A stretch of 64,000 nucleotides of DNA from Promethearchaeota archaeon (GTDB taxonomy: Archaea > Asgardarchaeota > Lokiarchaeia > Sigyniarchaeales > SOKP01), in the NCBI GenBank assembly GCA_048940925.1, contig JBHLOC010000001.1:1-64000 (forward strand), read 5' to 3'. Below, piece after piece: positions 1-9,301 of this stretch; positions within the stretch are counted from its first letter, which is position 1; each line of letters starts with the position of its first letter. A model generated the notes under the pieces. The model did not search any database, was not told the origin of the DNA, and saw only the letters and a program-made list of their open reading frames with translations. A program made the position numbers and the translations under genes.

Positions 1-2
1 GA

Positions 3-215
3 GTGGCGTTGGATTCTGAGCGTGGATTGTTGAAGAATCAGTTAGGGATGGTGATTTTCCATCTTCAGAAGAATGAAAGAATCAATACGGTAATTGGACT
101 TCAGAAACTCATTGATGCGGCATTAATCGTCAATCCAGAGGAATTATTTAAGATTCTTGAGAGTTCGGATGCGGATGCTCAGGAGTTAGCCAAAAAAATC
201 AAGGAAGCATTATAA
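3..215 (+). CDS. C-terminal part of a hypothetical protein, probably truncated by the window edge
   Basis: Frame is open from the window start and ends ...QELAKKIKEAL-TAA, followed by a T-run. The last 20 codons recur at 3739-3799. Confidence 0.6.
   Translation: MALDSERGLLKNQLGMVIFHLQKNERINTVIGLQKLIDAALIVNPEELFKILESSDADAQELAKKIKEAL
155..215 (+). repeat. 61-bp imperfect direct repeat, copy 1 (3' end of the upstream gene)
   Basis: Ungapped alignment to 3739-3799, 51/61 identical by manual count. Confidence 0.9.
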
Positions 216-238
216 GTTTTTTTAAATCTTATTACATT

Positions 239-3200
239 TTAAAATATATTATATTTTTCTAGGGATTCTATAAAAGATTTTACGGAGTCTGGAATAGCTG
301 GATTTGGTTGTTCAACGTTGTTAAGTTCAAGGGTTCTTAGTGATTTTAAATTAGTAATACATTCAGGAATAGTTTCAATAAGATTGTTAGGAAATCTAAT
401 AACTTCTAAATTATCAAGCAAACATAGATAATCTGGAAATATTGAAAGATAAATTGCATCAGTACAGTGTAAATGTAATTCTATGACTTTCCCATTATCA
501 TTAATTTTAAAATGATGCAAAGGATACATGTCATCTTGATTTTCATCTAAATCTTCATATATCTCAGATCTTTTTAAATCCCTATTAAGAAATCTAAAAA
601 ATTTTACTAAAATTTCTGAATCTTTAGGATTGACACCCCTTTGTATGAGGTTTTGAACTTTTTCATTTAAAATAATAGGAACAAATTCCAATTCAGCAAA
701 ACACTTCTTTTGGTCTTTTTTAAATGCGATCTGAAATTCGTAAAATGAATAACGATCTTTAAACTTAGAAATGGGTGACAATTTTTTCTTAAGTTCTCTT
801 GATTTATCTAAAAATGCAATATTTTCAGGTAAGTTAATTAAAGAAGTACATCCTGCTAAGTTCACATATTCCAAATTTACTAAACCTACTGCTGAACTAG
901 GGAATGATTTTAATGATTCGCAATAGGCTAGTGTTATTCTTTTAAGATTGGTTAATTTACTAATATTCTTTGGGAGTGCTGATAGTTTTCTACATGCATA
1001 GAGATTAAGTTCTTCTAAGTATGTTAAATTACCTATACTTTCAGGAATGGACAACAATTCTCTACATCCTCTTAAACTAAGTTTCTGAAGTTTTTTTAGA
1101 TTTCCTATACTTTCTGGCAAATCTTTTAAAAAATAACAATAACTTAAATCTAATTCTTTCTGAATTTCAAGATTTCCTATGCTTTTCGGGATTTCTTTTA
1201 ATTGATTACAACTTTGCAAATTCAAAATTTTAAGAGTTTTAATATATCCAATTTCATCTGGGAGAGTTTCAAGACTCCTACATTTCCCTAATTTTAAATT
1301 CTCAAGGTTTTTTAGTTCTACAATAGTTTTTGGTAGATTTTTTAGAGATTTACAATTTTCTAAATTAAGTGTTTTAAGAGATTCTAATCCTTTTAAATCT
1401 TCGGTGAGAGTAATAAGCGACCAACATTCATTCAATTCTAAGATTTTTAATTTATTCAGCTTCGAGATATTGGAAGGAAGGCTTTTTAACGAATAACACC
1501 TAGATAATTTTAAATGTTCTAGATTCTCTAAATCACCTATTTCTTCTGGGAGAGAATTTATTGATCTACAATCAATGCAAACTAACTTTTTCAGGTCTTT
1601 TAATTTTCCAATATTTTTGGGAAGATTTGTTAATTTCTGGCAATTAATTAATTTTAGTTCTTCCAAATGATTTAAGTCTCCTATATTGTAAGGTAGTGAA
1701 GTTAAATTATGTTGCCAGACAGGACTATCTATTAACAAACCTAAATGTGTTATTCGATTTCCTTTTTTAATATATCCATGTGGACCGTGTCTTCTATTAT
1801 TTTTTTTTTTGGTCACTTCAAAGTTGGTAATCTCAGGTAATCGCTGCCCAATTAATTTTTCAATATCGTTTATTATTAAAAAGTCTTGAAATTCATTCTT
1901 GATTTTTTTACTAACAGGGGAATCACTGCTTTGGATGATCTTTCTAATAAACTCAATCACTTCTACAGCTTTTTCATTTATTAATACAGATTTAATAGAT
2001 TCATATGCTATGTCAGAAAATTTATAAAGTATGACATCAGCAGCAGCAATTCTAACAAGAATATTTGGATTTGTAGTCATTAATCTTTCCAATATTCTAT
2101 ATTCATTTTCAAATTTCACAGAAAATTTTTTTAATAAATTGATACTCTCAATTTTCCTTTTTAACGATTCCGATTTCTCTATGACACTAAATACTTCCTC
2201 TAAGGTTTCATCCTCACTTTTTATTTTTAATAAAAATTGGTTATAGATTTCCTTTGGTGATATTTGACTAATTTTAGGAGATTTTTTCTTTCTGATTAAA
2301 TATCTACGAAGTGGGTTCTGATATTCTTGATATTCAAAATATTCTTTTATAACTGGAGGGATTTCTTTTAAATTTGTACATGAAATATTAATTTTATTTA
2401 AATTAGGGATAAATACTAAACAATCCGGTAATGTTGTAATATAACTTCCATCTAAATGGAGTTTTTCAAGAGACCTTAGATTACAAATGATTTTTGGTAA
2501 TGAGTTAGGATTCAATCCGGGATTGTAAAGCATTGGACAATGTTCATATCTTAAATATTTGAGATTTTTTAGGAAAATTAGGCCTTCTGGAAACCATTGT
2601 AAATTGTGAATTCCTCTGATAGTCAATACCTCAAGATGTTTTAAGTTTTTAATCGATTCTGGGATTAATTTGATTGAACTGGCTTCAAGTGTTAATCCTA
2701 ACTCTACAATATGACCATTCTTAACAACAAATCCAAATTTTGAAATAACATCTTCCCATTTAATTTCACTAACAACAGGAATGGGTTTTTCGCATTCTCT
2801 TTCAAGGTCTAGTAAGAAATCTCTTTCTCCTTTACTAAGGCGTTGTCTTTGGTAGGAAAAAACATTTTTTTTTTCATAGTTTTTAATTTCTTTTGTTTTC
2901 GTGTAGATTTCCTCCTTTAACTTTAAAGCAGGTTCAAAAAATCCATCTAATCTTAAAATTTTTTCAATGCAATCAAGAGCATAATTATAATCCCCTCTAT
3001 AAAAATAAGCTTTCCCAAGTTGTTGCCATGCATATTTAAACATAGGATCAATTTCTACTGCTTTTTCTCCATTCTCTATAGCTTCATTATATTTTTTATG
3101 TATTAAGTTTAAAACTAGATGAATATACCATAAAATAGCTTTATTTCGATTTCTTGGGTATGAAAAAGCTTTAACAAAAGCTTCCCATGCTTCCTTAATA

Positions 3201-3580
3201 CTATTATTTTTCCAATAATATACTGCTACAATTAGCCATTCCCCGCAGTAACGCATATAATATTTTGAATCAATATAAGGTGGTTCTGACCGACCTTTTT
3301 TTAGAGGTGTATCATTATCAGTATAATTTTGAACCTTATTCAAAACATATTCAAATACTGATGATGATTCATCAGTTTTGGGCTTATATTTAAGAAGTTT
3401 ATTTACAACCTCTACAACTTTATCATTTTCGCATACCGAAGATGCATAATATCCAGTATAGTAAATCCATGAATTAATATGGTGGGGATTTAATTTCAAG
3501 GATCTCTGTATGTCTTCAATGAAACGACCACCACTCATGGCTCTTTTAAACCAGAAATCATAATCATTCGGATTAGACAA
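239..3580 (-). CDS. TPR + LRR + HEAT-like + LRR multi-repeat protein (1113 aa)
   Basis: TPR-like AWQQLGKAYFYRGDYNYALDCIEKILRLD, HEAT-like PNILVRIAAADVI, twelve 24-aa LxxLPxxIxxLxxLxxLxLxxCxx repeats and further LRR blocks at both ends. Confidence 0.9.
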   Translation of the reverse strand: MSNPNDYDFWFKRAMSGGRFIEDIQRSLKLNPHHINSWIYYTGYYASSVCENDKVVEVVNKLLKYKPKTDESSSVFEYVLNKVQNYTDNDTPLKKGRSEPPYIDSKYYMRYCGEWLIVAVYYWKNNSIKEAWEAFVKAFSYPRNRNKAILWYIHLVLNLIHKKYNEAIENGEKAVEIDPMFKYAWQQLGKAYFYRGDYNYALDCIEKILRLDGFFEPALKLKEEIYTKTKEIKNYEKKNVFSYQRQRLSKGERDFLLDLERECEKPIPVVSEIKWEDVISKFGFVVKNGHIVELGLTLEASSIKLIPESIKNLKHLEVLTIRGIHNLQWFPEGLIFLKNLKYLRYEHCPMLYNPGLNPNSLPKIICNLRSLEKLHLDGSYITTLPDCLVFIPNLNKINISCTNLKEIPPVIKEYFEYQEYQNPLRRYLIRKKKSPKISQISPKEIYNQFLLKIKSEDETLEEVFSVIEKSESLKRKIESINLLKKFSVKFENEYRILERLMTTNPNILVRIAAADVILYKFSDIAYESIKSVLINEKAVEVIEFIRKIIQSSDSPVSKKIKNEFQDFLIINDIEKLIGQRLPEITNFEVTKKKNNRRHGPHGYIKKGNRITHLGLLIDSPVWQHNLTSLPYNIGDLNHLEELKLINCQKLTNLPKNIGKLKDLKKLVCIDCRSINSLPEEIGDLENLEHLKLSRCYSLKSLPSNISKLNKLKILELNECWSLITLTEDLKGLESLKTLNLENCKSLKNLPKTIVELKNLENLKLGKCRSLETLPDEIGYIKTLKILNLQSCNQLKEIPKSIGNLEIQKELDLSYCYFLKDLPESIGNLKKLQKLSLRGCRELLSIPESIGNLTYLEELNLYACRKLSALPKNISKLTNLKRITLAYCESLKSFPSSAVGLVNLEYVNLAGCTSLINLPENIAFLDKSRELKKKLSPISKFKDRYSFYEFQIAFKKDQKKCFAELEFVPIILNEKVQNLIQRGVNPKDSEILVKFFRFLNRDLKRSEIYEDLDENQDDMYPLHHFKINDNGKVIELHLHCTDAIYLSIFPDYLCLLDNLEVIRFPNNLIETIPECITNLKSLRTLELNNVEQPNPAIPDSVKSFIESLEKYNIF

Positions 3581-3738
3581 ATGAGATCCCTCTTTTAAAA
3601 TTCAAATTTTCGTCTTATGTATTAGATATGATTATTATAATTATAAATGATTTGACTCAATTAATTCTCTTATTTTTATTTATATTTGCATTGTATAATA
3701 TTCGTTGTAGCAATCTTACAAATAAAAAAACAAAGAAC

Positions 3739-3799
3739 TCTTGAGAATTCAGATGTGGGCGTTCAGGAGTTATCCAAAAAAATCAAAGGAGTATTATAA
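3739..3799 (+). repeat. 61-bp imperfect direct repeat, copy 2 (orphan copy of the gene tail)
   Basis: Translates LENSDVGVQELSKKIKGVL* versus LESSDADAQELAKKIKEAL* in copy 1, and is also followed by a T-run. Confidence 0.9.
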
Positions 3800-3973
3800 A
3801 ATCTTTTTTTTCAATTTTAACTTTTGGAATAGAATCTTGATATTTTTGAAATGATGGATCAAATATCTTTATTTTCATCATTTAGTTCATAGTTTTTATT
3901 TAGTCGAATTTTATAAAAGACAATTTACTTAATTCTTTAAAATTGAATATTAACCTTAAATCATAAGTGGTGG

Positions 3974-4417
3974 ATGATGATAAATAAAGGTGAATGGAAA
4001 CCTCCAAAAAAACCTGAAAACGATCAAGAATATTTTAAAGCCCTTGTTAGATCTGTTTTTAGTGCTGGATTTTCATATAAAGTTATAAAAGCAAAATGGG
4101 AAGGTTTTCGGGAAGTGTTTCATAATTTTGATCCTGATAAAATTAGCCAATGGACCCAGGATGATATTTTTGCAGCAGTTAAATCCCCTAAAATTGTTAG
4201 AAATATTAAGAAAATTAAAGCAACGGTTGAAAATGCTAAAACTTTTATGGATTTAGTTAAAAAGCATGGTTCGTTTGAAGATTATTTAAAATCATTAAGA
4301 GATAAACCTTATGATGAGGTTTCAAAAATTATATCAAAAACATTTAAGTGGCTAGGACCTTCAGGCACTTACTTCTTTTTATGGAGATCAAATGAGAAAG
4401 TACCATCTTGGAAATAG
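3974..4417 (+). CDS. DNA-3-methyladenine glycosylase I (Tag-like)
   Basis: FSAGFSYKVI..KWEGFREVF..FDP and IVRNIKKIKATVENAK motifs. Confidence 0.8.
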   Translation: MMINKGEWKPPKKPENDQEYFKALVRSVFSAGFSYKVIKAKWEGFREVFHNFDPDKISQWTQDDIFAAVKSPKIVRNIKKIKATVENAKTFMDLVKKHGSFEDYLKSLRDKPYDEVSKIISKTFKWLGPSGTYFFLWRSNEKVPSWK

Positions 4418-4530
4418 GAAGTTTGAGGAATTTTTTTAATTGGTTTTAGCTTTAAATATAAATAAAATATTCAATTTAGATTATTAATAAAGTTTTACTT
4501 ATGTCTTTAGATAACAATTCAGATTATTGA

Positions 4531-5310
4531 GTGTGTAAACTTATGTATGAGATACCTTTAGTCATTGCTCGAACTGGTGATATTGAAAATGCCCCAGAGA
4601 ATACAATACCAGCTTTCGAGAGTGCGATCTTAAGGGGAGCAGATGGGGTAGAATTCGATGTCCATCTCACTTTGGATGACGAACTCATTGTTCATCACTT
4701 CTACAATCTGGGTACCACCGATAATGGTAAAGGTCTCATTTGTGAACACACACAAGCGGAATTAAGAGCACTTGATTCGGGTAGCTGGTTTAGTGAGCAG
4801 TTTGTAGGAGTGCAGAAACCTACATTGAGTGAGGTTTTCGAGTTATGCAAAGGTAGAATTAAACTCGAAGTTGACTTAAAGGATTCAAGTTTAAGTTTTT
4901 TACATAAGGTTATTGGAGAAATCGAAAGATTTGCTCTAATAGAAGACGTGGAGTTAACGACAGCTCATTACCCATTGTTGACATACATCAAGAAACTTAA
5001 TCCTGAATTGCAAACTGGGACATTCTTCTATAAACCTCCTGACTGGATGCCGGTTCGTCTTGCACAGAAGCATATATTCGACTGGAGCAATCTACTGGAG
5101 ATTAAAGTTGTCCATTTGAACATAGCATTAATTACAGCTGACTTCGTGGACAAACTACATCGAAATAGATTCATCGTGTGTGGCTCAAACTTGGATTCAA
5201 CAGAACAGATTCGATGGGGTTTGAATATGGGTATTGACTTATTCTCAACAGGTCATCTTGGAATGGCATTGCGATTAAGAGATGAGTTCATCAAGTCCAG
5301 TTCTTTATAA
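4531..5310 (+). CDS. glycerophosphodiester phosphodiesterase family protein (start may be ATG 4543)
   Basis: APENTIPAF, GADGVEFDVHLTLD and PTLSEV motifs. The usual AHRG motif reads ARTG. Confidence 0.8.
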   Translation: MCKLMYEIPLVIARTGDIENAPENTIPAFESAILRGADGVEFDVHLTLDDELIVHHFYNLGTTDNGKGLICEHTQAELRALDSGSWFSEQFVGVQKPTLSEVFELCKGRIKLEVDLKDSSLSFLHKVIGEIERFALIEDVELTTAHYPLLTYIKKLNPELQTGTFFYKPPDWMPVRLAQKHIFDWSNLLEIKVVHLNIALITADFVDKLHRNRFIVCGSNLDSTEQIRWGLNMGIDLFSTGHLGMALRLRDEFIKSSSL

Positions 5311-5330
5311 TATGTGTGGTTGCATAATGA

Positions 5331-5647
5331 ATCATTGGAGAGAACAATAAAGGGAAGGATATAATTCTGGTGAAATATAACAGTTCTAGTGTGTTGCAAT
5401 GGAATAAGACGTGGGGCTTCAGCATGAATGATGTCATGGAGTGGCAATAGATTCGTCAGACAATATTTATATTTCAGGAGTTACAAATAGTTTTGGGCTG
5501 AGAGATGGTGATATGGTTCTGGTGAAATATGGACTCGAAAGCACCATTGATTAAGGAGAAAGAGAACCAGCAATTCCGGGTTATCCCTTAGTACTGTTAA
5601 TTACTGTAATTTGTGTGGTAACAGCTATATATTTAAAGAAAAAATAA
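5331..5647 (+). pseudogene. remnant of an SBBP beta-propeller surface protein with a Loki-CTERM-like tail
   Basis: Manual translation gives DIILVKYNSSSVLQWNKTWG, then a frameshift near 5435, then GVAIDSSDNIYISGVTNSFGLRDGDMVLVKY, then TAA at 5552-5554, then AIPGYPLVLLITVICVVTAIYLKKK*. Confidence 0.8.
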
Positions 5648-5838
5648 AATTAAATATATTTTATTATCTCTTCTATAAAGGTAGCTCTAAATAAGATCTT
5701 GTGAAAGGAGTAGGAAGACGAATTAGAATCCATTAATAATGATCTAATTCAAAACAATTATAAGTAGATCCTGAAAATTTATTTGAAAAAAAATATAGGA
5801 TTTATTATTAAAGCAAAATAAAAAAAGAAAATAAATAT

Positions 5839-5872
5839 TAACCTCCTAGAGCATAGCGCTAATAGGAGGTTA
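5839..5872. terminator. stem-loop with a 10-bp perfect inverted repeat
   Basis: TAACCTCCTA (5839-5848) and TAGGAGGTTA (5863-5872). Function is inferred only. Confidence 0.4.
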
Positions 5873-5884
5873 TAATATGTATAT

Positions 5885-5932
5885 TTATAATATTGAAATA
5901 ATGAATAATAATACGACATATAAGATGTGCAT
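5885..5932 (-). CDS. possible 15-aa hydrophobic micropeptide MHILYVVLLFIISIL
   Basis: ATG preceded 10 nt upstream by GGGGTGA (SD-like) and followed by the 5839-5872 hairpin. Confidence 0.3.
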   Translation of the reverse strand: MHILYVVLLFIISIL

Positions 5933-5978
5933 AATTATTATATCACCCCTCTTTTTTATTTTTTTTTTAATTTGAACT

Positions 5979-6176
5979 TTAAACTGTTAATAAATTATCA
6001 ATAGTCTCAATTTGTTTATCCAAATTGTTTATAACTTGGCAAACATGAAAATTCTCATAAATTTTTTTTATAACATTATTTTGAATAGATTGAGAATTTT
6101 TAGAAACGTGAAATACAACATTTAAAAATTCATAATAATTCATATCCTTCTTTTTATTTCCTTCCATTTTGTTCAA
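5979..6176 (-). CDS. small hypothetical protein
   Basis: Non-overlapping 65-aa ORF with no recognised motif. Confidence 0.35.
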   Translation of the reverse strand: MNKMEGNKKKDMNYYEFLNVVFHVSKNSQSIQNNVIKKIYENFHVCQVINNLDKQIETIDNLLTV

Positions 6177-6484
6177 CTATTTTTTTAATTTTTTTTCTTA
6201 TTTTTAATTTAGATGCCATGCCATTTATAGTTCATGATCTATAACTTTTCATAGAGTTCGAATTTTTCATAGAGCTTTAAAACTATAGAAAAAGTAATGT
6301 AAAAAAATAAGTTATTTGCTAAAAAAAAGTTAATTACCGCAGAATTAGTAGTTAAATCTGAAGTGATAAATCTTACTGATAAGTTATTATATATACAAAA
6401 AAATTTTAGGATAGGAAAAAATCTATAAATATCAAAATAAGAATAAATTTAATAAAAATAAATAGGAATTGGAGGAATATAATA

Positions 6485-6865
6485 ATGAAAGATTTAACTG
6501 TTATTTTGAAACATCGTCCAGGCACGTTAGCTGATATGGGCGAATTATTAGGTAAGCATGGTATTAATATGGAAGGATTATGCGGATTTCCTTCAAAGGG
6601 TGAAGCAATAATACATATTTTGGTGGAAGAGGATACTACGGCCCGTTACATACTCGAAGAGGCTGATTATGAAGTACGTGCTGTGCGTGACGTTATAGTT
6701 ATAGATATTGGCAATATTGTGGGAAAACCAGGTACAGGAGGGAAGATGGCTCGCAAAATAGGTAATGCTGGTGTTAATATTGATTTAATTTATTTTGCTG
6801 AGAATAACAGGCTAGTTCTCGGAGTTGACAATCTAGAAAAAGCTAGCGCCGCATTGGGTCTATAA
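6485..6865 (+). CDS. tandem ACT-domain (amino acid-binding) protein
   Basis: HRPGTLADMGELLGKHGINM and KPGTGGKMARKIGNAGVNI ACT repeats, GGAGG SD upstream. Confidence 0.85.
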   Translation: MKDLTVILKHRPGTLADMGELLGKHGINMEGLCGFPSKGEAIIHILVEEDTTARYILEEADYEVRAVRDVIVIDIGNIVGKPGTGGKMARKIGNAGVNIDLIYFAENNRLVLGVDNLEKASAALGL

Positions 6866-7110
6866 TTTAATAAAGAAATCACTACCATAAATTTAAAGAA
6901 GGAATGACATTTTGAATCAATTAGAAATACTTGTATTGACTTACTTGCCAAAGAAAGAATATGGAGCGGATTAAATAGGTTCAATTCGGTTAAAGAATAA
7001 AAATTAACTATTTTTCATATTTTTTAACTTTTTAACTTTTTAGGAGGAAAAAATTTTAAAATTAAGTTCATTTTTGGCTTTATTCTTATTAAAAAGTAAG
7101 AATCGTAAAA

Positions 7111-7554
7111 GTGGTCGTTGATAAAAAGAAGTTTGTAAAAATCATAATATCAATTTTTACACTCATAATAGTTTTTTTAGCACCTTATGGATATCGTATA
7201 GATTTAGGTCCTGGTCCTAATTCTATAACAGCCATGATATGGGAATATTCACCATATTACTATTTCAGATACCTTACTCCATTGAGATATTATATTCAAT
7301 TTTACATATTTCGAATGGTTGTTCTTTATTACATTATTAGATTCCTTCAAGAAAAAGTATCAAGGAAGAGGGTTATTATTGTAGGAATAATCAATGAGAT
7401 AATTCCTTTAATTCTCTCAATTCCAGGAGCTCTAATACTTAACTCAGACGGGGAAAATCTCATGCCTATTATAATTTCAATTCCAATTTTAGTTCTATTT
7501 GATATATTTGTTGTTTACTTATTTCCAAAAATTGAAGTGGAAAAAAAACAATAA
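7111..7554 (+). CDS. hypothetical membrane protein
   Basis: About four hydrophobic segments. Confidence 0.65.
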   Translation: MVVDKKKFVKIIISIFTLIIVFLAPYGYRIDLGPGPNSITAMIWEYSPYYYFRYLTPLRYYIQFYIFRMVVLYYIIRFLQEKVSRKRVIIVGIINEIIPLILSIPGALILNSDGENLMPIIISIPILVLFDIFVVYLFPKIEVEKKQ

Positions 7555-7668
7555 ATTCCATTAAAAATTATCCCCAATCAACAAAATAGTTTTATCCTCT
7601 ATCTAAAGTGTGCCCTTTTTAAAATTATTCTGAAAATTATTATAAAAATATATAAAAATGAGTTTGAC

Positions 7669-8262
7669 ATGATAATAGACCACGTTGATAGAACGATATC
7701 AATCAAGATAGTTTATTATGGACCTGCCTTTTCAGGTAAGACAACATCAATTAAAGCTTTATTTTCCCATTTAGGAAAGGGAGAGGATCTTTATAGCATC
7801 GAAAGTACTGTAAATAGGACATTATTTTTTGATTATGGAACGGTTACGTTTCAAAATGAAGAGTGGCGGCTTAAAATTCATATTTATACTACAACGGGTC
7901 AAGATTTTTATATTATAACTAGACCAATCACATTACGTGCTGTTGATGGAATAATTTTTGTATTAGATTCTCATAAAGAAGTTTATAATCGAAATTTAGC
8001 ATCATGGAAAGAACTTTTCACATATTTTCAAGAATCAATTAAAGATATACCGATTTTAATCGCTTTTAATAAACAGGATTTATTGGACAAATTTAATCCT
8101 ACTAAATTTTTAAGAGAAATTGAATATCACAAATACAAAAATATGGATTCAAGATATACCTCTGCAATTAATGGAAATGGAATTTTAGAATGTTTTGAAG
8201 ACATTTTAACCTTAATTTTAGGCAAATATTATAAGTATAAATTACTTTCAGCTGTTAATTAA
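7669..8262 (+). CDS. MglA-like small GTPase
   Basis: KIVYYGPAFSGKTT, RTLFFDYG, TTGQ, NKQD and SAING motifs. Confidence 0.85.
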   Translation: MIIDHVDRTISIKIVYYGPAFSGKTTSIKALFSHLGKGEDLYSIESTVNRTLFFDYGTVTFQNEEWRLKIHIYTTTGQDFYIITRPITLRAVDGIIFVLDSHKEVYNRNLASWKELFTYFQESIKDIPILIAFNKQDLLDKFNPTKFLREIEYHKYKNMDSRYTSAINGNGILECFEDILTLILGKYYKYKLLSAVN

Positions 8263-8626
8263 TTAGAAAGTGAGTTTTTTAGTACACTCCTAAACCAATA
8301 ATGTTTTCCATTTCTTATCTAATTATTTAGTCCCATTTCTATTATGGTTTGTAATTTCTTTAAATGGGCGTCAAAATTGCTTTGGAATTTTGGGATAATA
8401 TGGATTAACTATATCTATTATTGCCAACTATTCGCATCTTTATTACATTCTATTTACTCAGCATATAAAGTGAATTTAATTATTCAGTATTTTTAAAAAT
8501 ATTTTATCTTATGTAAAAATCTTTTAAAGATAAAAAATCTGTAATTTTGAAAGAGACCATGTATTTATAAAAAAAGTATGTTTTAATTGTATTATTCAAT
8601 AGGAAATTAAAAATGGTGGATTATAC

Positions 8627-9217
8627 ATGAAATTAGAATTAAAAGATGTGAGAGAGGAAGATAGAGGAATACTCGCTCCTTGTGGCATTATTTGTTTAGG
8701 ATGTGACACATATTTAGGAGAAAGTTTAGAAGCAGCTAAAAAACTTAAGAGTATTTGGGAAGGAGGAAACTTAATAGATGCCAGTATAACTATTGGGTTA
8801 AATCCTAACGACATAAAAATGACTTTGGAGATATTGAGTCAATATATTGAGAAAACTGACAGAGAAAAATGTCCCGGATGTTTTAAAGGAGGATTTGCTT
8901 CTCAATTTTGTGGTATAGCGAAATGTATTAAATCTAAAGGATACTGGAGCTGTGCTGAATGTGAAGATTATGATCCTATGGCAGAAAAGCCATGCCCCAA
9001 TGAGGGTTCTGCTCCTGTACCAATGGCAGATCCAGGAAAAATGACTAGCTTGATTTGCACGAGATATAGCAAAGATACTTGTAATAATTTAAAAAGATGT
9101 CGTGAAATTGGTTATAATGCATTCATAAAAGAAATTAAAGAAAAAGTTAAAAATGGTTGGAGAACTTGGCAAGTTGTCAGTGATGAGATGGTCTTTACAA
9201 ATACAATGAAGAAATAA
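8627..9217 (+). CDS. Cys-rich DUF3795-like protein
   Basis: APCGIICLGC, CPGC, CGIAKC and CAECEDY pattern. Confidence 0.7.
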   Translation: MKLELKDVREEDRGILAPCGIICLGCDTYLGESLEAAKKLKSIWEGGNLIDASITIGLNPNDIKMTLEILSQYIEKTDREKCPGCFKGGFASQFCGIAKCIKSKGYWSCAECEDYDPMAEKPCPNEGSAPVPMADPGKMTSLICTRYSKDTCNNLKRCREIGYNAFIKEIKEKVKNGWRTWQVVSDEMVFTNTMKK

Positions 9218-9301
9218 CTTTTTTTGGATTATTTTTTACTTCATTTTTTTATATTTAATAAAATATACTTTTACCTTTCAAAAAGATAGTAGGACTATTG
9301 T

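Noticed and set aside
842-1705. 72-bp periodicity as a possible CRISPR or DNA tandem array
   Set aside because: Explained by degenerate LRR codons; there is no identical repeat-spacer structure.
216-3738. Autonomous mobile element between the 61-bp repeats
   Set aside because: No integrase, transposase or terminal inverted repeats are visible, so it is reported only as an att-like duplication.
5253-5447. 64-aa minus-strand ORF
   Set aside because: Overlaps the phosphodiesterase end and the better-supported SBBP remnant on the + strand.
5365-5530. Repeated TTCTGGTGAAATAT 14-mer as a regulatory or att site
   Set aside because: Both copies encode the LVKY motif of consecutive SBBP repeats.
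5760-5790. GTAGATCCTGAAAATTTATTT resembling the VNPEELF codons of the first gene (a possible third repeat copy)
   Set aside because: Too short and AT-rich, and the match does not extend into the 61-bp repeat.
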